Shown piece by piece: positions 1 to 9,258 of a stretch of 64,000 nt of DNA. The number at the start of each line of letters is the position of its first letter. The first letter of the stretch is position 1. The DNA lies in contig OZ361258.1 of assembly GCA_977018835.1 (NCBI GenBank), positions 1,178,001 to 1,242,000 on the forward strand. Reading direction: 5' to 3'. The position numbers were made by a program, and so were the translations under genes. The stretch is from Minutocellus sp. GHC0000111 (taxonomy: Eukaryota). The notes below the pieces were generated by a model that was given only the letters and a program-made list of their open reading frames with translations, was not told the origin of the DNA and made no database searches.

Positions 1-2487
1 CGGGATGGACGACGGCGTTAGCAAAGTGTTGGAGGTTTGGTAAAGGCGAGAAAGCTGCCATGTTGGCCACGTGGTGGGTGCTACGACGAGATGATGGCCG
101 TGGGGGAGGGTTCCGATGTGGAATGTACCCTCGCTGACGGTATGATCGTCGTCGAGGTGGTTTGGCGGTCGATGGTTTGGACTTGCTTGTCGATTTTGCT
201 GGAGCTGGTAATGTTGGAGTGGTATCGATCGTTGGAGACTTGCGTTTACGTTGCCGACGGGAGGTGGGGGCATTGGAACTTTGATTGGATGTTACGACGG
301 TTGCATCGTCGTCATGATTATCATCATCGTCGCCGTTGGGCTCGTCTACTGCAGCCAAAGGATTGTAGTAGTTGGAAGAAACTGACGAGCGAGGTGGCGC
401 GTTGGATCGACGTGATCGACGGCTTTTAGTGGTGGCTGCATCACATGTGGAGGATTTTGCCACCCTCGGAGGTTGCTGGGGCTGAGGCAACGGAGCGTTG
501 GGGTTGGAGACAAGGTGACGGCCTACTTCAGTCTCGTTCATCTCTTCTACGTCGTCGTCCTCGTATTTGATTTTGTAGTACTTATGCTTCTTGTCAAATG
601 CAACGACTCTACCCTTGTAATTGCGATCTCCAAACACTTTGGCGACGATGGTACCGAGGCGGAATCGTTGGGAGTCGTCATCGTTCTCCAGCACCCTCGG
701 AGCTGCGGTTGTCTGCATCGTCTCATCAGAGGCGGAGGTGGCAGATTCTGCTGGGGTCGCGCTGTTGAAAATCTCGGAGAGCTTTTCTAAAGCTTGACGA
801 TGCTCGTCTCGAAGGGGAGCAAGGGGTGCCGCTGGATGTGGATTCTGTAGAGCGTGCAGGAGTTCATGAGCTGCGACTATTGCTGCATCGGCCGACGACG
901 TTTTGGGTACCGGAATCATTTGGGGAGCCAGACGAGTGTGTTACCAGTGCGTTCCGCCCGAGTTTCCTCAATCCAAACCTTGTAACACCGGTAGTGTTCC
1001 ATGGCTGGACCGACATAGTACCCATCAACGCCATGCGGGGACCAAGAGCCGCGTGCCGAGGGCATCTCGTGAAAGATGACCTTGCATCCGAGGGGGCCGA
1101 GAGGCGTGCGATTGAAATCAAAGCCGCCATTGAGTTGCTCGTACGCTGATAGTCGAGGGTTGACTCGGGATGCTCTCAGGAAATTGAGGGTCATTACCGC
1201 CTGCTCCAGCAATTTATCCCACAAGATGAGGGGAAAGTCGGGATCGGTACCACAGAGAATCGCAATGAAATGATTCTTAAAGGTTCGAATGGCTCGTTCG
1301 GCCGCATTTCGGCGGTGGGAGTGCGTTGGGGTCAATTGAAAATCTACATCCTTTTCTTCCATGAACTCCTTCAGCTCTCGACTCACTTCATTATCCAATC
1401 GTTGCAATTTTGGGCGAAATCCTCGCTTGGAGAGGTATTCGAAAATAGTTTGGTGCGCTCGGCGCATTTCCGTTCCCGATCGGCTTTTCATTGGTTCGGC
1501 CAAGATGCTGTTGGAGTCATAGTCATAGACGACCATTATGTACTGGTGGCCAGAAATAGACGATGCCAAGAAACGGCCGGGCTGATCTGAGAAGATCTGG
1601 CCCGTTATGTCATGACAATCAGCAAAGACATAGTTGGTGCGCTGTTGGTGTTGTGCCGGGTGGAGATCCTGCTCGGTTTCGTCCACCCCAGGGAGAGATT
1701 TTGGCGTAGCCATCGACCGTTTGGGCTTGGTCGACCTGATGTTCTTGCGCTGCTGGTCTAAGTGACCTTTAATCATCGGTATCGACTGTGGCATGTGCTT
1801 ACGTACAAGCTTTGATGTGAGGCCTGGCCAAGATCTATAAAATCCCGCATCGATTGCTTTGCACCAGGTAGATAGCTGAGGACTGCCAGCGCACCAATGT
1901 AAAAAGGCTACACGTTCCGGAACCGTCTCCTGGGCAATTGCGGCGTTGGCAGCATGTTGGATGACGTTGGGGCCGGGGAGCGGCGACATGATGGGCGAGC
2001 AATTAAGATCTACCATCCACAATTTCGTTGAGGGGTCTCGTTTACCTTGCAAAATGACGGTATTGTCCTTGGCGATGACTACCGAATCCTTATCGAAAGT
2101 GGCAATGCATCCATCGTCACACAGCTGCCCAATCGATAGGAGCGATGATGCCATATTATTGAAAATATAGGCCTTGCTAGCCGATGGGGAAACCCCAGGG
2201 AGGCGAAGCGTGGCCTCGTGGGTGTTCGTCATTGTGCTGTTATCCGGAAGGGTGACGCTGATAGGAATTGCTGTCTGTTGGACGTTGAAAATTGGGCCAT
2301 CGTACGATAGGTGTTGGGGCTTCTGGACAAAATGTCCCGTCGTTCCAGCATCTGCTGCGAGGACGATTGGCTCTTGAGTTGGAGGTTTGCTTTTTGACGT
2401 AAGAAAAGCTAACGAAGGCGGGGAGGAGGTGGATTCAGATGTGCTATCCTCTATTTTACACTGATTAATATCCACCGTCCCTCCCGC
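1..2487 (-). CDS. pol: Copia pol (protease, integrase, Tudor-like domain, linker to RT), with a 1-nt frameshift near 916
   Basis: ORF 916..2475 carries the PR and IN motifs. After AAA-TG-ATT at ~916 another frame reads IPVPKTSSADAAIVAAHELLHALQNP... and stays open to the window edge. Confidence 0.88.
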
Positions 2488-3758
2488 TCAGTTACGACGC
2501 GAGCTACCACCGCAAGGATTGCACTTGGTGGCGTTATCAACGTGGTTGGGCCCTTTGCAAGTGCATTCAAAGCTGGGGTGGTTGGACGAATAGCCGCACG
2601 TGTGACAATAATGGCCTCTGGGGAGGATCGACTGCAGTTCCCGCTTCTCCTGGCGGTTGAGGTTACGACCTTGGCCTGGGAAGTGGCCGGCGCCGTTCTG
2701 CTGGCCACCGCCGCGGTAGCCTCCACTGCCACCAGCATGGTTGCGTCCCTCACGCAGAACGCGGTTCTCGGCCTTGAGTGAAGCTATTTCTTGGCGAAGT
2801 TTGGCAATGGCATCATCCTTCTCGTTGCTCTTTTTGGCGAGGTTCGCCATCATGGCTTGGTTGGTCTTGAGGGCTTCGGTGGTGTCAGCCAAAAGGAGAT
2901 CGGCTCGAGAAAGAAATGGATCGTCCGAGGCCGATGAGGCCAAATTCGCGCCATGACATCCTGCCGCTTCGGTGGTGGTGTTGGCCATCTTCTTATCACA
3001 CCAATCGCGGAAGTCCGACTGCATGTTGGCCCACGTGCGTTCGGCCTCCGGTCTGTCGTCCCAATCCTCGCATGCCTTCTTTGCCAATGAGAACCTGCGC
3101 ACGGAGCGGCAGAACTTGGAGACCTTTTGCTTGTTGGTGAAGGGTTCGCCGGCCGTTTCAAACACCTTGAAGACTTTGTTGAACATGGCGATGTGGGTGT
3201 CGATGGGTCCCCCGTCGTGCTGCTTCTCTAATTCCTCCTTCTCAGTCTCGTTGAATTTCAAGTAGCGATCGGCAATGCTGTCGATGATTTGGCGGATGGT
3301 GACTGGCTGGAAACCGAGCATGTCATCTTCGAGATGATTGATGTAGACGGCGTCGATCGAGTCGAGGAGGAGATTCTTGAGCGCCGTGTTGACTTGCTCG
3401 CACAAGTTGCAGTGGCCCTTTTCGATGCAATGTCCCCGGATTGCACGATCGCGTTGGTCTAGATTGGCCACGGCGGGAGTGGTGGGGCTGGGGCCAGGAT
3501 TTGCCGGAGGCACATGTGGTCGGCCGTTACTTTTGGTGGTGTGTTCGGCATCGCTGACGACGAGGCCCAAATGGCCGAGGTTGTGGTCATTGCACCCTGC
3601 TGGAATGCTGGCCGCCGCTTGTTGAAGTTCCTTGAGAGCGCTTTGGCAACACGCTCGCGTTGGGGAGGTTGTCCTGGGTCATTCACACGTGTGATTAACT
3701 TGGTGGGGAGAATCGGCGCTGCGCCGAGAGGTTGGCCAAAAACTGCGTCGGGATTCAT
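2488..3758 (-). pseudogene. gag: Copia gag, degenerate (frameshift near 3640, apparent Y->C/H substitutions)
   Basis: ATG at 3758 (MNPDAVFG..) shifts frame into LKELQQAAASIPAG..LGHLGLVV. The C-terminus has a zinc-knuckle-like YCHTCG...HPSFEC....H..NAT..NPCGGS. Confidence 0.8.
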
Positions 3759-4042
3759 GCTGGTGTTTCAGTCAGCGAAGACAGGCAGCACGGCGGTGTT
3801 GCTGCGAGAGACGTGTGATCGACAGAAGGTTCGATCCAGAGAAGTGTGATCGATTGGATGGGTCGATCTGGTCAGGACTTTCGGGGAAGGGATTGGATCG
3901 TCGCTCCAACATTGTCGAAAGAAACGGTCGTTTTGGCCGATTGAAGATGTGTCGGTTTTTCTTGCGTGACGAGTGAGTTGAGAACCCAAGACAAACCGGT
4001 GTGAGGTGCGAACCGAAATGGGGCGAGCACGGGTGGAAAAGA

Positions 4043-4253
4043 TGTATCACGTAGGTCTGCTAAGAGGTCCTAAAGCTAAGCTAGATAGATATAGCTAGTA
4101 GAGGTTAATAGGACCTACGTAGATGAAAAATGGGCCATCGGAGATGTCGTTGGCCCATGGATCAACGGTCAGGAGAGGGCACTGAGTCAGTGGTCTGATC
4201 ACCGTACGTACCGTACGTATGTATACGTACGTACGTATCCCATGGTATCAACA
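4043..4253 (-). repeat. Putative 5' LTR (inner boundary uncertain)
   Basis: Minus strand begins TGTTGA at 4253. The segment is TA-rich (TACGTA/TAGCTA runs), and composition changes sharply near 4045. The partner LTR is not in the window. Confidence 0.55.
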
Positions 4254-4492
4254 AGGATGTGCAAGGGCAAGTCCACCATTATATTTGGTGTTGGAGACAC
4301 ATGCTTCGACGACGGCCCAGCAGAAAGAAGTACATAGAGCAAGTATGTAGATAAGCGATTGTAGATCCGAGCACTGCTCTATGTAATAAGCTATCACCAG
4401 AAACTGCAGCTTGGTCGTTGTGATCTTGCAATCTCCTGCTCGCTCGTTCGATAAAAAGACACCCGGAAGCAAGAAACCGTTGCAAGCTGTCT

Positions 4493-4566
4493 CTGTTCAT
4501 AGCCCTGGCCGACCACTAGGCCACTATCCGGATGATGGCCTAGTGGTCGGCCAGGGCTATGAACAG
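4493..4566. repeat. Perfect 31-bp inverted repeat (hairpin/palindrome) with 12-nt loop
   Basis: CTGTTCATAGCCCTGGCCGACCACTAGGCCA (4493-4523) is the exact reverse complement of 4536-4566. Confidence 0.97.
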
Positions 4567-4668
4567 TCTCATTCTCACAACCAAAGTAGAGCACCGGCAG
4601 ACCCAACGACTTCTATCAAGACCGCCAACAAGATACGGCTGTAAGATACCTGCAGGCTTGCTGGCAGG

Positions 4669-7600
4669 ATGTCTTCGGATGGTGCCAGATGTCGCAGCAG
4701 CGGCGGTGGCCATTCATCATTTGACGAGGAGCAGCAACGCCGCCAAGCCGGGACATCACCATCATCATCGTATCTTTTTCAAGGTGGCCGTACTGGAGGA
4801 CGAAGATCATCGTTTCCAGAAGAAGATACCGTTGAAGGCCGTGGCCGACGACGACAAAGCAGATCCAAATCTCCAGGAAGATACCATCGCCCCCACCATT
4901 TCGGCAGCCGCGATGAGCAATCTTCGAGGCCGAACCGCAGCCGCAGCCAGAGCTATGACCAATACGCCTCCTCGTCCCGCAATCCACACAACTACTACTC
5001 GAACCGCAGCCATGACGAGCAATTGTCGGGCAGCAGCCGAAGCTACGGTCGGCACTCCAACAAGCGCGTCAGTTCGGACCGAAGCCGTGATGAACAATCG
5101 TCGGAGCAGGGCCGCAGCCGTAACCGCGATCGACACCCCTCGGCGCGGAAGAGCAGCAGCGGCGGCGGCAGTAGTGGGCTAGACCACGAACACTCAACAG
5201 CGGGGCAAAGATATCGGCCCCAGGCATCTCCATGTGGTCCGCCTGCACTGCATGGTGGACACGGTCACGTACACCGTTCTACGCCATACGCGTCGGCCGG
5301 CACAACCTCCGCCTCGGCCGTATCTTCGTCCCAACGCACTGCTTCGGCCACTTTGGCACGTTTAGCGTCAGCTCCCACAAGGCACAATCTTCACGATCCT
5401 CTCGTATCACTACAACGGAATGGCGTCAGGACTGATATGATGGCCTCCATGGGCGTCGATGCTAATAGCCGTCTACTGCGATTGATGATTAACGTGAGTT
5501 TAATTTGTTTGTTCACTTCCTACTGCGTAGCGAGCAACGTGGTGTCTTCACATCATTGCGCATGCGCATTGCTTTCAAGCAAAAGTTCTAATGTCCATGT
5601 CCGGCTTGCTCTTCTTTTTCTTCTCCACAGATCGGTAATCCCTCGATAATCAATGCTGTTTTGAATTGGGGTTCTCAGGAGTCGTCGGCGGGGGCTTTTC
5701 GTGAAAACAGCAACATTCCTGGACTCATTGCAACTCGGCTCAGAGATGCTGAAAAGCATGGGTGCCGCAAATCCCTCCCGGCGTCGATGAGAATCTCATG
5801 GCCTCCTTGGGCATCGATGATAACTACAGGATACTGGGCTTCATGGCGAGGGTGAGTTTCATTGGTTTTCTGACTACCTGCATTATTGCATTACTGTTTC
5901 TTTCGACCCAAAATACTAATGTCCGGATTGCCCTTCTTTCTTTTCGTTCCCCCATAGATCGGTAATCCCTCAATGATCAACGCTGTTTTGGGTTGTGTTT
6001 CTCGGGATGTCTCGGTGGGAGTTATACGAGGAGACAACTTTGCTGGCATCATTATCGCTCGGCTCAGCAAGGAGGCTGAACGAATGGCAGTGAGTCATAG
6101 TACCAGTGGGCCCAAGATTGTGTCTTCCGACGCGGACAAGCAAGACTCGTTTGTTCTTCCCAGCGACAAGAGAAATGCCTCTGACAAAGCCGAATGCAAT
6201 GATGACTGTCCGTGTGGAGATCAACCCCCGCCCCAATCCAAAGCTTCTGCTAGTACAGTTACCGCCAAAGACGTAGCTAAGGCCGAAAAGACCCTGGAAT
6301 ATCTCGCTATGGATGGGCGTGATTTGGCCAAGGATGGCAAGTATATTGGCGTGCTCTTTGCCTCGGATCCCGGTGCAGTTATGACGGCGTTGTCAAATTT
6401 GCTAAAAGCCAGCGGTGGCGACGAGAAGAAAATCAACGCCTTGCTCTCCGCGGTACGTCTCTTCTTCCGTACGGCCGTGAAGAATTCAGATGAGAGAGCA
6501 AAGCTCCACGTCGATGCATTCGAGGCGAGCGAGGATGTGCGAGATTGCATGGAGAGCATCTGCCGTGATAACCCAAGCCTCGCCCCGTCATTCCAATCCT
6601 TTGGAGACAAACTGAAGGGCATGAAAGGTGTCTCAGCTCTCTTCATCGATGCTACGTTCAAGCCTATGTTTACCAAGATACTTCAGAAGGAAGAAAAACG
6701 CCGTGCCATCGAGCTTCGTCGTGCGGAGGAGATCGAACTTCAGCGCCTCGAAGCTGAACGTCAGGCTGCTGAGATGGAACGTCAGCGCCTCGAAGCTCAA
6801 CGCCGCGAGCAAGAGGCCAATGAGCGTCGGCGGGTGGAAGCTAAGAAACGAAAGGAGCTCAAGGAGCAGCGTATTGCAGATGAGGCTGCTCCCACAGAGG
6901 AACGCCGGGCCAAATGGACGAATGCGGCACAGAAGAAGCTACAAATGGTGGAGGAGGAGCTGACTATGCTCGAGACCGAGGAGGAAAAGTCCGTCGTTGC
7001 CATCAAGAAGCTGTCGGATATTCTAGACGTCATGGAGGAAGTTGCTAGTTCTGGTATTTTCGATCGGGAGCTGTTGGTGGGCACTAAGGTCCAACCTCTA
7101 TTCAGGAAAGTTGCGAAACGCCATTTGGATAGGAACTCCGATATTGGTGTTCGAGCGCTTGCCGTTTATGAGAAGATGATTGGCAATGAAAAGCAGAAGT
7201 CCGCCCTCGCTGTTGTGTCAAAGCCCAAGGCTGCCAAGCGTTCCTCGACCAAGTCAGCAGCACCATTGATCGAGAAGAGCAGTGGAGCAATGAATAGTCC
7301 AACCAAAAAGCGCCCTAGATCTCGGAAGCTACAGATATCTCAGCCCTCTTTGCCTCAGAAGGAGGAGAAATCGACCAAGAAGAGGAGCAAGATGGTTCAA
7401 TCTAATAGCAGCAGTACCGGTATTGCCGCTGCTGATCCTACCTCCAAGGCGCGTCCCACCTCCACTGGGAACAAGGGAAAGAAGAGGAGCGCGTCGGAGA
7501 GCAGCGATGAAAACAGCAGCAAGAAGAAGAGGAAGACGAACGACGAGAAGGAGAAGCACGCGTATGGCAAGGCGATGGATGAAGAAACCAAGCACCTTCA

Positions 7601-9173
7601 TTCCGATGATGGTCAATTGAGCAAGTCTGCCGGATTTACCATCGCCCCCCCGTTTCATCCTTTCGATGAGAATCGCGAGGAGCCTGATCTGACTATCGAT
7701 CCTGAATGGCGTAATCATGTGTCTGAGGAATCGCCCGAAAAGGCAAAAAATATGGACACAATCATGGACTATGTCCTCAATCACCCAGATTATGTGAACG
7801 ATGTTGAACGTGGTCGTAGCATCCACGTACGAGGCCGCCTGTATCTTCTATTGGAGCCTCTTTCAGAGGAGACTCTTTGCAGTTGGGCCAATCTGATCAA
7901 GAAAATGTTCTGTTCCATGGATCTTGAGAAGAAATATGAGCTAGCCAAGTCGCACTGCGAGGCATACTACGACACAGCGACCGAGGAATTTTACAACAGC
8001 AGTGGCAACGTTATTTCCAACGGTTCGAGGCTCATTCACCACCCCATGGTGTACTGCATCGTGATCACTGGTGGAAAATTCATGGGAGCATCTCGATTCA
8101 ACGACTATGCTACCAGGAATGCATCCAAGATTCCAAGAAGTTGCGACGAGGATGGTAAGGCCCCGACAAGGATTGTCCTCTGCTTTATGGCGCGCCTAAC
8201 GCACCTTGGAAGCAGCTCCGAAGCCAAGAATTATCCTCTCAAAAATCTACGCAACCGCATTGTAGAGGAAGTCGAGGCAGTCTGGCTTAAGATCCTCATG
8301 GAGACTATTCTGGGTCACGGAATGTACGGCGATGTCCGATCCATGAGTGCCAAGGAGCTATCGAAGCGATGGTGGGAACTCTATGAGAAGTATGGATTTG
8401 CCATTTTCGGTTGGAGTGCTGACACTTGGAGCAAGAAGCTTGGCAGCGAGAGCGGTAAGGCTCGCAAGAGCGGTAAGGTTCGCAAGAAGGGTGCTCAAAA
8501 GGGCAAGCCAAAGCAGACAAGCGGAGATGGTTCATCCAGGGGCTTCTTCGATCGAGCCAATCCATCAAGATTTGCGACGTTTTGTTTCACGAGATCGGAT
8601 GGCACGAAGGCGGAGGGGTCAAAACTGCTTTGGCTGGTGGACAGGAAGCCCGCGAAAGAGAAGGGCCATGTGTATTACAAGCTTGTGGGCGATGGCAATA
8701 AAACAGTCGACCGAATGAAGCCAATCTTCTATATTACGCCTAACGGAGACAAAGTGGACATCAGCAACGAAATCGAGGAACGCTATCCCACGCCTACTCC
8801 TTGGGTCTGTATTGAGGGCGTTGAAAAGAAATTCTCTCAGAATGATGTGAAAGATGAGCTGGAGCGTGGCCTACAGGACGGGACGGAGAGCAACGATGAT
8901 ATTGGTATTGTTGATATTCAGCGATGGAATGACGGGCGTATCTTTGTCAAATTTGACAAGGTCTGGGACGCAAGAGGCTGCAAATTCGTACTCGGTGGTA
9001 CCAAGAAGTTGTTTGGCGGCGGCGAAATTGGTGTATCGTGCGTACTGGAGAATAATTTGCCCGATACTTTGAAGATTTCCGAGGCCAGGAAGCGAGATGC
9101 GGCCTCGGCAGACAAGAAGGCCAAGAAGGCCGCGGCGTCCAAGTCAGCAATGGAGATTGAAGAATTTGACTAA
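4669..9173 (+). CDS. Large multi-domain, probably nuclear protein (RS-rich N-terminus, duplicated helical module, TFIIS-N-like segment, C-terminal RRM/UHM-like domain); exons 4669-5493, 5631-5851, 5958-9173
   Basis: Two GTGAGT...YAG phase-0 introns (5494-5630, 5852-5957) and a 1066-aa last-exon ORF. Exon 2 needs one extra G at CATGGG (~5760) to stay in frame. GRIFVKFD..DARGC..VLGG..LFGGGEIGVS is RRM/UHM-like. Confidence 0.7.
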
Positions 9174-9258
9174 ATTGTTTTTGCTGGCATTAAGATGGTA
9201 TTGATCCGCTATCACATCAAACTAAGAATACAGTCTCCATAAACTTTTGTAGAGCATG

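Larger units (their letters stand above)
1..4253 (-). mobile_element. Ty1/copia LTR retrotransposon (diatom CoDi-like), 5' portion; RT/RNaseH and 3' LTR lie beyond the left edge
   Basis: Minus-strand order is LTR start TGTTGATACC (4253), gag, protease (ADAGTTGHF), pre-integrase (FLHWCAGSP..TWCKAI..WPGLT), integrase D-D-E (DQPGRF, RLDNE, NAAERAIRTFKNHF), then QHFANAVVHP at the edge, which precedes RT in such elements. Integrase before RT is the copia order. Confidence 0.93.

Noticed and set aside
3797..3801. CAACA (minus strand) as the inner LTR end
   Set aside because: No recognisable tRNA primer-binding site follows, and the boundary cannot be fixed without the second LTR.
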